Positions 31,145-42,042 of a DNA stretch of 64,000 nt are shown piece after piece. The stretch is taken from NCBI GenBank assembly GCA_943788175.1, contig CALSPG010000006.1, positions 64,001 through 128,000 of the forward strand, written 5' to 3'. The translations under genes were made by a program, and so were the position numbers. This stretch comes from an uncultured bacterium (lineage in GTDB: Bacteria > Fidelibacterota > Marinisomatia > Marinisomatales > UBA1611). Every line of letters begins with the position of its first letter. The first letter of the stretch is position 1. The notes below the pieces were generated by a model. It searched no databases. It had not been told where the DNA came from and was given only the letters and a program-made list of their open reading frames with translations.

Positions 31145-31549
31145 TTATTTAAGCATTTGCTTATGAGCGCATTTTGTATATAAACCATCCACTTGTTGCT
31201 TTACAGCAACCATAGTGAATTCAGCGACACATGCTAATCTTCTATCATCATGCCGACCTTCAGCATATGCTCGAACATGTACTTTTATAGATGTTTTTCC
31301 TAGTTTTGTTACCACTGCTTCAAAATTGACCCATTCACCAACATATACGGGTTCTTTAAACTCTGTGGCATCTATCGCTCTGGTTACGGCTGAGTCTGCG
31401 GGAGATTGTTTTAAAATCCTATGCGCTGCTTTACTAACTGCAATATCCATCCAAGATATCATTTGACCCCCAAACAATGTCCCAACAACATTTGCATCTT
31501 GAGGCATAACTAATTGAGAATAGCGAACTATATCTGATTTATGATTCAT
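31145..31549 (-). CDS. Hotdog-fold acyl-CoA thioesterase (YciA-like)
   Basis: [34 protein letters not shown]. Confidence 0.9.
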   Translation of the reverse strand: MNHKSDIVRYSQLVMPQDANVVGTLFGGQMISWMDIAVSKAAHRILKQSPADSAVTRAIDATEFKEPVYVGEWVNFEAVVTKLGKTSIKVHVRAYAEGRHDDRRLACVAEFTMVAVKQQVDGLYTKCAHKQMLK

Positions 31550-31669
31550 ACTTTTATCCTAATAAAATTTCATTTATTTACAATTAAAAAAAGTTTCCAA
31601 AGACGAGATTCTCATAAAACAAAACTTAATAGTTAAATAAAATTTTATGCAATGATAATCAATCATCTC

Positions 31670-32938
31670 TTAAGCTGTAAAATTTTTAGCAATCCTTTCA
31701 CCTTCATCGAAATCAACCCTAATCAGTATTAAACCTCCACCAATAAATAATATAACTAATGCAAATAAACCCATACGAGCATTTCCAGTGATTAGAGTTA
31801 CTGTACCCAATAAAACTGGTCCAACAACAGCAGAAAATTTTCCAAGCATATTATAAAACCCGAAAAATTCACCCTCTTTACCTTTTGGAACTAATCTTGC
31901 AAAGAGACTTCTACTAATTGCCTGTATTCCTCCTTGGAATAGCCCAATAATACCAGCGAGAATATAAAAATGTAGTTTCGAGTTCATGAAATACGCCGAA
32001 CTAGTTGCAATGGTATAGAATAAAATTGCAACTAAAACAGCTTTTTTTGGTGTTATTATCGAGCTAAACCAATTGAAAAGTAGACCAGCAGGGAAACCTA
32101 TTAACTGAACAATAATTAATACTGACAACATATCGCTCGCTTCAAAACCCATTGAAAGAGCCAACTTTCCAGCCATTCGTATAATTGTATCCACCCCATC
32201 CATGTACAACCAATACGAGAAAAGAAATAAACCAACAATTTTCATTTTCCTAATTTCTTTAAAAGTAGATTTTAACTGCGTCCAACCAAGACTAATTGCG
32301 CTGAGTAAAGAAACATTATCCTTATTGTTTGGTTCTGGAATAAAAAGAAAAATTGGAACAGAAAAAATACCCCACCAAACCGCAACGGATACAAAAGATA
32401 AACGAATAGCAGTTGTGGCGTCTGGGATTCCAAACCATTGAGGATTTTGATACATTAATATATTAATAATAAATAGTACTCCACCTCCCAAATATCCCAT
32501 CGAATAACCAAGAGATGAAACAAAGTCAAATTCTTGCTTTTTAGCAACTGATGGTAACAATGAATCGTAAAAGACATTACTACTAGCAAAACCAATTGCG
32601 CCCACGGCATAAAGTATAGCTGCAAGCTGCCAGTCTCCTTGCTCAACAAACCATAATAATGAGGTCGCTAAAATTCCCAAAAATGCAAATGTAAAAAGAA
32701 ATTTCTTCTTTGTTGAACCCGTATCAGAGACAGCGCCTAAAAATGGAGCCATCATAGCAACGATTAGTGAGCCAGCTGAATTACTTACTCCAAGATAAAA
32801 AGTGCTTTGATCAACTAATTCGGGATTTGACCAGTATTTCTCAAAAAAAATAGGGAAGAAACCAGCCATAACAGTTGTAGCAAAAGCAGAATTTGCCCAA
32901 TCATATAATGTCCAGCTTAACACTTTTTTTCTATCCAA
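31670..32938 (-). CDS. MFS transporter, UMF1 family
   Basis: SWTLYDWANSAF, FYDSLLP, QAISRSLF, EFFGFY. Confidence 0.9.
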   Translation of the reverse strand: MDRKKVLSWTLYDWANSAFATTVMAGFFPIFFEKYWSNPELVDQSTFYLGVSNSAGSLIVAMMAPFLGAVSDTGSTKKKFLFTFAFLGILATSLLWFVEQGDWQLAAILYAVGAIGFASSNVFYDSLLPSVAKKQEFDFVSSLGYSMGYLGGGVLFIINILMYQNPQWFGIPDATTAIRLSFVSVAVWWGIFSVPIFLFIPEPNNKDNVSLLSAISLGWTQLKSTFKEIRKMKIVGLFLFSYWLYMDGVDTIIRMAGKLALSMGFEASDMLSVLIIVQLIGFPAGLLFNWFSSIITPKKAVLVAILFYTIATSSAYFMNSKLHFYILAGIIGLFQGGIQAISRSLFARLVPKGKEGEFFGFYNMLGKFSAVVGPVLLGTVTLITGNARMGLFALVILFIGGGLILIRVDFDEGERIAKNFTA

Positions 32939-32941
32939 TGA

Positions 32942-34478
32942 TTACCACCCTTGCATATATGTTGTTATTCCAGAATATAATTTAAAACCTTCAAAAGTAT
33001 TTTTTGCGTTCAATGTTTTTTTATATCCAAAAACAATGTCAAAATTAAATGGTCCAATTCGATCTTTTGATTTAGAATTTAAAACCCATGTTTCTAAACA
33101 TAAATCCCATCGTTTAGCTTCAGAATCATAACCATCATGGCTTTTCCATCCATCTATCCCAATTACTATCTAAGGAGGTGTAATCATCCCTGAATTTTGA
33201 AAAAGTTAACGATTGAACTTTTAACAAAATACGTTCTTTAACAATTTGGGTTTCATATCCAATAAGAGTGCGAACTATACTCCCTTCTTTAAATTTATAT
33301 GTTTCACCAACCTTGCTAATAATGGAGTCAGGATTTGTGTGAGCACCAGAAAATATATTTAATGGAGTATATAATAATTCCGAGGCACTTGATCCATAAC
33401 TTAAAGAACCATATATACGGCTACTGGTTTCATTTTTCCAATTATAAGCTCCAAAGAGCCCAAGCATTAAGCGAGTAACTCCAGAGCCTATGTTAATTTG
33501 TGAAAATTGTTTTTTTCCCACATCACTAAATGGTTCAATTGTAAACCCAAATGGTATGGAAACAGATACTCGTCCATAGAGTACTCCAGACTTTTTTCCC
33601 ATCCAAGAAGGGTCTCCTTTTAAAAGAGTAGTTATTCCAAATTTTATGTCGCCTATACCTGACGATGAACGAATTGGCTGATCATAATATTTCGCTAGGC
33701 TATCAAAAGTTACCGTGTCACCAGTACTAAAATTTGGTGTCATGAATCTTGGATCAATAAACCCCCTACTGAAGGGGTCATCTTTTGCATATAATACCCA
33801 TGCAACGCTGTGCTCACCATCTATTGTATATAAATCATTATAAATATTTTGCAACGTGTCCCTTGTACTAGTGGGTAACGTTAAAAATGAGGATGTTTGA
33901 AAAAAAGAATCAAGTTTTGTTTTTGCACTTATATGATAATCAATAATTTCATCTGCGCCGTAAATACGGTCAATATTTGAAGAGACCCTGTAAGCCTCTT
34001 TTAATGAACTGATATTAGGAATCTCAACGCTTAACATTAAATCATTTGAAATACCATAATCTAACTTAATTATACTACCAACTTCTTTTTGCTTTCTATT
34101 TTCTGAAAAAACACCATTTGATAAAACTGCTCTGGATGTATCAAAATAACCTGCATTAAAATCTGGCAGATTTTGTTCATAATTAATATTAAAGATTTTT
34201 AAAAATGATTCAGTAGTGACAGATTCGCCTAATTCATTAGATCCAATATGAAATAAATCATTTGAGCTATTATAAAACCCAAATGCATTTTTCTTTGAAT
34301 CATTAAAATATGCATGACTAATTCCGTGCATACTAAATTTTTGATTACGTAAGCTTAATTCCTGAGAGCTATTATAATTTTGAATAGTCACTCTGAATAT
34401 GTTCGCTGGAACAGTAGGTAAAACTTGTCCTAAACAAAAAGACATAATCAATACTAGGGAAAAGTGCTTCAATATCAA
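32942..34478 (-). pseudogene. Exported, probably outer-membrane protein with a single-base frameshift near its 3' end
   Basis: Track ORF stops at 33135. Removing one A from the run at 33142-33145 adds 66 aa (SHDGYDSEAK...FKLYSGITTYMQGW) to TAA at 32942, 3 nt before the next start. May be a sequencing error. Confidence 0.7.
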
Positions 34479-35776
34479 TACAAAAGAAATTTGTTTCTAA
34501 ATTTACTAAACTCAATTTCATCGTGCATGTATTGTGGGGAGAAATAAGATGGAGGTTTTTTTTGAGCTATGAAGACCCTTAATTGATTGGATCCAAAAAG
34601 CTTGTCGATATAACCGTTCGCCGCCCATCTAAATTCTCTAGGATGAAGCCGCTCTATCAAAGCTATAATTGATGTCGCAGTCTCCACTGGTTTTACTTTA
34701 GTCTTATCATTTACAATAATTTTTATACCGCTGCAAGCTTTACCATTATACTTAGGTATCCTATTGTTAAAAATTGAACCTTTTGGACGATACTCTATTT
34801 CTTCAAAACTAAGTCCAGGCAATTCTAGCATATCTAGTTTTTCTTTAAAAAAAGCTGCTGCTAACCATGGAGCTCCAAAAACCAAATAAGGTGAGTCTGT
34901 TCCAAACCCCACATTTATATTTGTACCTCTTAATAAATCCATGCCTGAATACATTAATAAAGAATTCATATTATAAATATAAGGAGCTGGTTTATTCCAA
35001 GGAAGTTTAGTATCATCTAAGTAATTGCTTCTATCCCAATTGACTACAGGAATAATACTTAATTGTACTCTTTTTAAATCTTTGACCCACCCCATTTCAT
35101 TTACCATTAATAATATTTCACCTATGGTCATACCATGTCTTATGGGTAAAAGGTGATAGGCTTCAAAAGATTGATAATTTGGTCTAGGAAGAGGACCTTC
35201 AATTATTACACCCCCAACAGGATTTGGCCTATCTAAAATAATTATTGGAATTTTATGTTTACTCGCAGATTCAAATAACTTTGAAATCGAAGCAATGAAA
35301 GTTGTATATCTTGCTCCAGTGTCTTGGATATCAACTACAATTAAATCTAGATCTTTTAATACCCAATCGGGAGGATATAAACTGCGTTCAAGTAAATTAA
35401 ATACTTTAGCCCCAGAAACAGGGTCGATCCTTTCATTGCCGAGCAACTTTGCTCTTTTGTCATCCATGCCCCAAATACCATGTTCCGGCTCAAATATTGC
35501 TTTAACAAAAATATTTGGATTTTTACCAATTAAATCTAGAATGTGATTATCATTTCTATTTACAGCAGTGTGATTACAAAAAATTCCAATTTTTTTATTA
35601 ATCAAAAATTTGAAATCCATTTGTTCTAGAATATCAAGACCTGTGTATATGTCATCAAAAAATGAAAGGTCAGGAACAGAAACAATTGAAGTATAATCAA
35701 ATTTTTCTGTTTGAGCTGAAACTATACTTAAGCTAATTAAAATGCTTAATGAACCAATAATTGATATTTTTCTTAT
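34475..35776 (-). CDS. namZ: DUF1343 / NamZ exo-beta-N-acetylmuramidase-like protein
   Basis: FEPEHG, DIQDTGARYTTF, LDRPNP, RHGMTIGE. Frame is open 52 codons upstream of the track ATG (35620), with a signal peptide and TGLDIL; proposed ATA start at 35776. Confidence 0.8.
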   Translation of the reverse strand: MRKISIIGSLSILISLSIVSAQTEKFDYTSIVSVPDLSFFDDIYTGLDILEQMDFKFLINKKIGIFCNHTAVNRNDNHILDLIGKNPNIFVKAIFEPEHGIWGMDDKRAKLLGNERIDPVSGAKVFNLLERSLYPPDWVLKDLDLIVVDIQDTGARYTTFIASISKLFESASKHKIPIIILDRPNPVGGVIIEGPLPRPNYQSFEAYHLLPIRHGMTIGEILLMVNEMGWVKDLKRVQLSIIPVVNWDRSNYLDDTKLPWNKPAPYIYNMNSLLMYSGMDLLRGTNINVGFGTDSPYLVFGAPWLAAAFFKEKLDMLELPGLSFEEIEYRPKGSIFNNRIPKYNGKACSGIKIIVNDKTKVKPVETATSIIALIERLHPREFRWAANGYIDKLFGSNQLRVFIAQKKPPSYFSPQYMHDEIEFSKFRNKFLLY

Positions 35777-37203
35777 CTCGCGGATAATAGCTTATTTTCT
35801 TTTGTAACGAAAAGCCCAAGACAAACAAGCAGAGCATTAACTATTAGAATTTCAAACCCAATTGAATAATAAGTTTGAATTATATAGCTTAGAGCTGGAG
35901 CAATAATTGCGATATAGGGAACAAGCTTATCATTCACGTTATATGAAGTAAAAAGTCCAAAGAAATATAGACCTAGAAGTGGACCATAGGTGTACCCAGC
36001 CACACTAAATATAGAACTAATGATACTTTGGTCATTGATAGCATGTAAAGTCAATATTACAACCAAAATGATAATTGAAAATAATAAATGAATATATTTT
36101 CTTCTTATAATACTTGATGAATCTTTAATATCAATTTCTAAAATGTCCACACAAAAAGAAGTTGTTAATGAAGTCAATGCAGAATCAGCGCTTGAGTAAG
36201 CAGCTGCAATTAAACCTAAAATAAAAATTAGTATTATAGGAAATCCTAAAGTCTCGCTTAAAACAACAGCTGGAAATAAATCATCCGGTTTTGAAAAATT
36301 GATTCCATATTTCCCGGCAATCGAATAAAGCAATGCACCTAGACATAAAAACAATAGGTTTACAATGACCAAGCTAAGGCTAAAGTACATCATATTTTTT
36401 TGAGCTTCTTTAATATTTCTACAACTTAGATTTTTTTGCATCATATCTTGATCTAAACCAGTCATAACTATTGCTATAAATGCACCAGTAAAAAACCGTC
36501 GCAAGAAATGTTGGTCACCTTCCCAAAAAAATATTTTTGAATAGTCACTTTCAATGATAAAAGGAAAGATACTTGCATAGTTTAAACCAAGATCTTTTCC
36601 GATTAGGTAAACAGAGAGAGCCAACGCAAGTAACATAAAAAAAGTTTGAAGCGTATCTGTCCAAATAATAGTTTTTATTCCACCCCTAAAAGTGTAAAAC
36701 CATATTAGTAAAATTGTTATTGATACAGTAAGAAAAAACGGGACACCCCAACTTTGAAATACACTTAAGTGTAGAACCCTCGCAACAATGTAAAGCCGAA
36801 ATGATGCTCCAATAGTTCGAGAAATAATAAAAAAAATAGAACCGGTTTTGTAAGAAGCTAATCCAAACCTATCACTAAGGTAAGTGTATATTGAGGTTAG
36901 GTTAAGCCTATAATAGAGTGGCATTAATACTGCTCCTATGAAAGCATATCCTAATAAGTAACCAAATACCATCTGCATGTAACTAAACTGACTTGATTCT
37001 ACCCAACCAGGAACAGAAATAAAAGTAACGCCCGATAATGAAGTACCTATCATTCCAAATGCTACTATGTACCATGGAGATGATTTATTACCTAAAAAAA
37101 ATGATTCATTGGTATCATTTTTCCCTGTAGACCAAGATATAGTAGATAGAACTAAAAAATAAAGAATGATGCAAACAACAATGTAGATAGAGTTCATTAG
37201 CAA
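35773..37203 (-). CDS. Sodium:solute symporter (SSS family)
   Basis: FGMIGTSLSGVTFISVPG, GGIKTIIWTD, GLDQDMMQKNL. Confidence 0.92.
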   Translation of the reverse strand: MLMNSIYIVVCIILYFLVLSTISWSTGKNDTNESFFLGNKSSPWYIVAFGMIGTSLSGVTFISVPGWVESSQFSYMQMVFGYLLGYAFIGAVLMPLYYRLNLTSIYTYLSDRFGLASYKTGSIFFIISRTIGASFRLYIVARVLHLSVFQSWGVPFFLTVSITILLIWFYTFRGGIKTIIWTDTLQTFFMLLALALSVYLIGKDLGLNYASIFPFIIESDYSKIFFWEGDQHFLRRFFTGAFIAIVMTGLDQDMMQKNLSCRNIKEAQKNMMYFSLSLVIVNLLFLCLGALLYSIAGKYGINFSKPDDLFPAVVLSETLGFPIILIFILGLIAAAYSSADSALTSLTTSFCVDILEIDIKDSSSIIRRKYIHLLFSIIILVVILTLHAINDQSIISSIFSVAGYTYGPLLGLYFFGLFTSYNVNDKLVPYIAIIAPALSYIIQTYYSIGFEILIVNALLVCLGLFVTKENKLLSAR

Positions 37204-37296
37204 TAATAAAATTTGTTATTGAAGTATTTGAATATATTATGTTTCATTTTATGAAATTAATTTTTTCTTGCATAAAACAAAATAATACACCAGTTT

Positions 37297-38832
37297 TTGT
37301 ACATGTCAAAAGAAAAAGAACCAGGGGGCGGTTTTGATAAAACCACTGATTTTAAGTGGTTTGGAATTGGTCTCCTTGTCTTTGTAATAATCTGGGCTAT
37401 GCCAACGCCTGATTCAATGATGGATAAAGCGCAAGAATTATTTAGTGATTTAACTCCTGATCAAATCACTGCCAAAGCATTCAATATGAAAATTATTATA
37501 GCATTGTTAGGCTGCTGTACAGTTTTTTTTGCTACAGAAGCTTTGCCAATGCCAGCAGTCGCACTTTTTATTGGTCTTGTTCAACTATTTTTCGGTATAA
37601 CAGAGCCAAAAAATGTCGTAGCGACTTACGCACATGATGCAGTCTGGTTTATAGCCGGGTCTTTAGCGATGGGTGCAACAATGGTTAAATATGGCCTAGA
37701 TAAACGAATCGGTATGTTAGTAATGAATTTATCTGGTACAAAAGTTAGGAATGTTGTACTTGGGATATTAGTAGGCACTGCAATACCATCTGCTTTCATT
37801 AGTGAGGCATCAATTGCTCCAATGTTTTTGCCGATAGCCATGGCTTTATACACTTTAACAAGTAAGAAGATTGGCGACGCACCTCAATTAGGGAAGCTTT
37901 TGATGATGTCAATTGCAATAGGATGCATGGTCGGTGCTCCTATGAGTCCTACTGGTGGTGCAAGAAACGCTATTATGATAGGATTTTTAGGTAATCTAGG
38001 CCCAGAATATGAAATTAGTTTTATGCAGTGGATGATATTAGGATCGTTTTATACATTTTTTCTTGGGTTATTTTTTGCATTTTTACTACCTTTGTTATAT
38101 AAACCTGAAGTCGATGATTTATCTGATGCCGTTAATACATTAAGAGAAGATTTAAAAAAACATGGCAAAATGACTAGAGAACAATGGCTAGTTAGTGGCA
38201 TTGCTTTACTTATGATAATAGCTTGGATAACAGACAAAGATTTGATTGCTCCTCTTCTTGGTTTTCCACTTGGTTTAGGCGGTGTTGCCATGACTGGGAC
38301 TGTATTGTTTATGTTACTTGGTTTAACCTCATGGTCTGATTATGAAAAAAATATTAGTTGGGGTGTAATTGTTTTATATGCTGGTGCAATTAGCTTAGGA
38401 GCTGTTTTCAAATCAAGTGGAGCTGCAAAATGGCTTGCAGACAGTTTAATAGATATTTTAACTACATTTAACATACAGGAAGGTCTTCCTCTCGCAATCT
38501 TGGTTGCTGTAATTGGAGCATTAATGACAAATTTAATGAGTGCTGGTGCAACAGTGGCGGTAATTGGACCAGTAGTTCTTGAAATGGCGGTAAGCTCAGG
38601 AACAAATCCGATAATTGTTGGCGTGGCTCTAGCAATTGCGACGTCAATGGCATTTTGGCTAGTTATCGGAACTCCAGCCAGTTCTGTTGTTTATTCAGCA
38701 GGACTACTAGATGCAAAAGACTTTATAAGAATGGCAACTTTTGCTTGGCCGGCTGCCTTGATTATTATGATAGTAATGATCACATTTTACTGGGTAGGAC
38801 TTGGACTTCAACCAATAATGATCGGAAATTAA
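37297..38832 (+). CDS. DASS/SLC13 family anion symporter
   Basis: TEALP, SPTGGARNAI, ISWGVIVLYAG, IGTPASS; likely start is ATG at 37303. Confidence 0.88.
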   Translation: MYMSKEKEPGGGFDKTTDFKWFGIGLLVFVIIWAMPTPDSMMDKAQELFSDLTPDQITAKAFNMKIIIALLGCCTVFFATEALPMPAVALFIGLVQLFFGITEPKNVVATYAHDAVWFIAGSLAMGATMVKYGLDKRIGMLVMNLSGTKVRNVVLGILVGTAIPSAFISEASIAPMFLPIAMALYTLTSKKIGDAPQLGKLLMMSIAIGCMVGAPMSPTGGARNAIMIGFLGNLGPEYEISFMQWMILGSFYTFFLGLFFAFLLPLLYKPEVDDLSDAVNTLREDLKKHGKMTREQWLVSGIALLMIIAWITDKDLIAPLLGFPLGLGGVAMTGTVLFMLLGLTSWSDYEKNISWGVIVLYAGAISLGAVFKSSGAAKWLADSLIDILTTFNIQEGLPLAILVAVIGALMTNLMSAGATVAVIGPVVLEMAVSSGTNPIIVGVALAIATSMAFWLVIGTPASSVVYSAGLLDAKDFIRMATFAWPAALIIMIVMITFYWVGLGLQPIMIGN

Positions 38833-38835
38833 CAA

Positions 38836-39165
38836 ATGGACAGCGGTATCTTACTTATAATTGCCCTTATCATCATTGGTTTTGCGATAACATGGAGCAA
38901 CCAAGGTCAAATCAAAGAAGTTGAATCACGTCAATCAGAATTTGCAAAAAAAAGAGATGAAATAGCTGACCATGATAACCAAAGTGAAATTGAAGTTGAT
39001 GAGCAGCGAAATGAAATGTTGAAGACATTAGATGAATCAATAAAAGATAATCAAGAGCAACTGGATAAAATCAAAGATATCATAAATGATTGGGCTAATA
39101 TGAAAATAAAATCTTTTAAAAATAGAAGATCATGGGTACGTAACCCTGATGAAGATCATGTATAA
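38836..39165 (+). CDS. Hypothetical membrane-anchored coiled-coil protein
   Basis: N-terminal TM helix then charged helix; 3 nt after the DASS gene. Confidence 0.7.
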   Translation: MDSGILLIIALIIIGFAITWSNQGQIKEVESRQSEFAKKRDEIADHDNQSEIEVDEQRNEMLKTLDESIKDNQEQLDKIKDIINDWANMKIKSFKNRRSWVRNPDEDHV

Positions 39166-39167
39166 TA

Positions 39168-39809
39168 TTATTCGACAAAAATAATATTATTGGGTTCGTT
39201 TCGATTATCCCAAACATCAAATTTTTTCATCATATTATTAAAAATATCTAGTTGTACTAATTGCTCAAGCCATTTTGACAAATTGACAAATATTTCATTA
39301 AACCTGTTTATGTCTACATTAGAAAATTGTCGAATAAAAGGTAGTAAGGCAATATCGCCTAAAGAAATTTGATTACCAAAAAGATTATCAGAACGCTCTA
39401 ATATTCTTTCATAATTATCTAATATTTTTTCACACTCCGAACGATAAAAACTTTTTTTATAATCAGGGTACCTAACATGATATTTATATTTATCTAACCA
39501 TTTTTTAAAATGAAAGTCATTCACAAAAATAGCTTCTAATTGCTTTTCTTTTGAATTATGAAACCATTTTTTAGGATCATTTAAAGAAATAGCCCATTGC
39601 ATTATCTCAAAACTTTCATCAATTACTTTGCCTGTTTGCAGTTCTAAAACTGGCACTGTCCCTTTAGATGATATATTGTAAAGTTCTCTTGGCCGATTTT
39701 TTAATGAGATTTCTCGATGTTCATAATTTATTTTTGAATAGTACATCGCTAAACGAGCTCTCATTGCATAAGGACATCGGCGGAAAGTATATAAGACAGG
39801 TAGATTCAA
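39168..39809 (-). CDS. Glutathione S-transferase family protein
   Basis: LYTFRRCPYAMRARLA, KGTVPVL, DES, LGDIALLPFIRQF. Confidence 0.9.
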   Translation of the reverse strand: MNLPVLYTFRRCPYAMRARLAMYYSKINYEHREISLKNRPRELYNISSKGTVPVLELQTGKVIDESFEIMQWAISLNDPKKWFHNSKEKQLEAIFVNDFHFKKWLDKYKYHVRYPDYKKSFYRSECEKILDNYERILERSDNLFGNQISLGDIALLPFIRQFSNVDINRFNEIFVNLSKWLEQLVQLDIFNNMMKKFDVWDNRNEPNNIIFVE

Positions 39810-40837
39810 TTATCAATTGCTGAAAATTGTGGACTTTTAAAGTACCGTCTTTTATCAGGCGTATTTTGGTTCTTTCTAAGCTCTTTTTGAGTTTCAATTG
39901 GTAAAGAGGCTATCTCTTTGCATTTATCTGAGCAACAGCCATTTAAATCACGCTCGCATTCTTCACATTGTATAAATAATATATGACAGGCATCATTTTT
40001 ACAATCTCGATGGATGTCAGAAGATTTATTACATATGTGACAGTTTGATATAATATCATCTGAAACACGTTCTCCAAGTCTAGCATCAAACACAAAATTC
40101 TTCCCAACAAATTTAGATTTCATTCCGTATTTTTTTATATCATGTGCATATTGGATTATACCACCTTGTAATTGCTTTACATCTTTTATACCTTCATTTA
40201 TTAAAAATGAGCTCGCCTTTTCACAACGTATACCTCCAGTACAATAAAGTAGAACTTGGTGATGTTCTCTTCCATTTAGCATTCTCCTTACTTCAGGTAA
40301 TAATTCTTTTGATTTATCTACTTGCGGTATCTCAGCATTCTTGAATTTCCCAACCTCACTTTCATATATATTACGCATGTCAATTATAGTTGTTTGTTCT
40401 TGATTTAGAGCACGATTAAATTGATCAGTAGTTAAATGTTTACCAATTATTTTCATATTATATTCATTTTTCGGAATGCCGTATGCAACTATTTCTTTTT
40501 TTACTTTAATTACTAATTTATAAAATGATATACCTTCACTAATCGCTTTTTTGATTTGAATATCAGATAATTCACCTATTTCGCTTATTCTTTTTAAAAA
40601 ATTAACCCAATTATGACTTGGTACACTTATTTGAGCATTTATACCTTCATCTGCGACATATATCCTACCAAAAATATTCAAAGTATAAAAAACAGAATAA
40701 AGAGTATCTCTAAAATTGGTTGGGCTATTGATTTTTATATAATTATAAAATGAACATGTAATACGATTGAATGTTTCAGCCTCTAGATTTTCTATAAGCA
40801 TTTCTTTACTTTTCTGATTATATAATTTTTTAATCAT
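39806..40837 (-). CDS. trhO: Rhodanese-domain tRNA uridine(34) hydroxylase (TrhO/YceA, UPF0176)
   Basis: GRIYVADEGINAQ, YCTGGIRCEKAS, QLQGGII, FVFD. Confidence 0.9.
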   Translation of the reverse strand: MIKKLYNQKSKEMLIENLEAETFNRITCSFYNYIKINSPTNFRDTLYSVFYTLNIFGRIYVADEGINAQISVPSHNWVNFLKRISEIGELSDIQIKKAISEGISFYKLVIKVKKEIVAYGIPKNEYNMKIIGKHLTTDQFNRALNQEQTTIIDMRNIYESEVGKFKNAEIPQVDKSKELLPEVRRMLNGREHHQVLLYCTGGIRCEKASSFLINEGIKDVKQLQGGIIQYAHDIKKYGMKSKFVGKNFVFDARLGERVSDDIISNCHICNKSSDIHRDCKNDACHILFIQCEECERDLNGCCSDKCKEIASLPIETQKELRKNQNTPDKRRYFKSPQFSAIDN

Positions 40838-40840
40838 ATT

Positions 40841-41971
40841 TTATTGATTTAAATAAATATATTTTGTCCTACCACCAATAGCTGTAAGCAAAACATAAGC
40901 AGTACTATTTATATTTTCAGCAATGGTTTCAACTTTAATTTGACCAAATTCATTCTCACCAAAAAATAAAACATCCTCACCAACGATTGGAATTGTTTTC
41001 CCAAAATCTATCATTAATTGATCCATGCAAACTCGTCCTGCAATTTTATAGTTTTTACCTTTATAATTAACATATCCATCTTGGTACCAAGGACGCGGGA
41101 AACCATCGGCAAAACCAGTTTGGATAACGCCTATATTAGTTTCAGAAGTACTTTTATAAACACCACCGTAACTAATATGCGTTCCTTTTTTTACTTTCCT
41201 AACATTTACTATGCTACCGTAAAAACTCATCACGGGTTTTATTCCAATGTTGTCTTTTACTTCATTAGAAGGCAAGGCACCGTACAACAACATACCTACA
41301 CGAACCATATTAAAATACGAATCTTTGATATTGATAATAGCTCCGCTATTTGAACAGTGTATATTCTTAAATTTAATTCCATATTCGTGAGCCTTTTCAA
41401 TCACTGTCTTAAAATTTTTCAACTGCTTAGTGGCATAAGACAAGTCCCCTTCATCTGCAGTAGCAAAATGCGTGTACACGCCTTCAAGACATGTGACTAT
41501 ATTTTTATTAAGATTACCATATATCAGACTAGCATCTTTAAGATTAAATCCCAAACGAGTCATACCTGTATCAAATTTTAAATGATATCTAGGGCAAGCG
41601 CCATTTAACAAAAAGTAAGAATTAATTTCATCTATATCTTCAATAGTAGAAATATTTAAAATAATATTATTTTCATGCGCTGACTTAATATATTGTGATT
41701 GCATCCTCGAAAACACTAGTATGTCATTTTGTATATTTGCATCTCGAAGTTCAAGAGCTTCTTCAAATGAAAAAACCGCAAATTGCACATTTTCAATATT
41801 TTCGATTGATTTAGCAATCTGAACTGCCCCGTGGCCATAACCATTAGCTTTAATGACGCAGAGAAGTTTTCTACCACCAATCCTTTTCTTAATAGCTGAC
41901 AAGTTTGAACGGCAAATATCTAAATTAATATAAGCTTTTGGGCCAATTATTTTATTTTTTTTAATATTCAA
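40841..41971 (-). CDS. alr: Alanine racemase
   Basis: VIKANGYGHG, DTGMTRLG, GFADG, GRVCMDQ. Confidence 0.95.
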   Translation of the reverse strand: MNIKKNKIIGPKAYINLDICRSNLSAIKKRIGGRKLLCVIKANGYGHGAVQIAKSIENIENVQFAVFSFEEALELRDANIQNDILVFSRMQSQYIKSAHENNIILNISTIEDIDEINSYFLLNGACPRYHLKFDTGMTRLGFNLKDASLIYGNLNKNIVTCLEGVYTHFATADEGDLSYATKQLKNFKTVIEKAHEYGIKFKNIHCSNSGAIINIKDSYFNMVRVGMLLYGALPSNEVKDNIGIKPVMSFYGSIVNVRKVKKGTHISYGGVYKSTSETNIGVIQTGFADGFPRPWYQDGYVNYKGKNYKIAGRVCMDQLMIDFGKTIPIVGEDVLFFGENEFGQIKVETIAENINSTAYVLLTAIGGRTKYIYLNQ

Positions 41972-42042
41972 GATAAACAGGCTAAATAATTATATCATAT
42001 TTTCAAAAAATTAAAAACAAACTAAATAATAAAAACGTTAAT

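Noticed and set aside
33135-33137. TGA at the end of the 447-aa ORF as a second Sec codon
   Set aside because: The same frame meets two more TGA and a TAA within six codons; a one-base frameshift explains it better.
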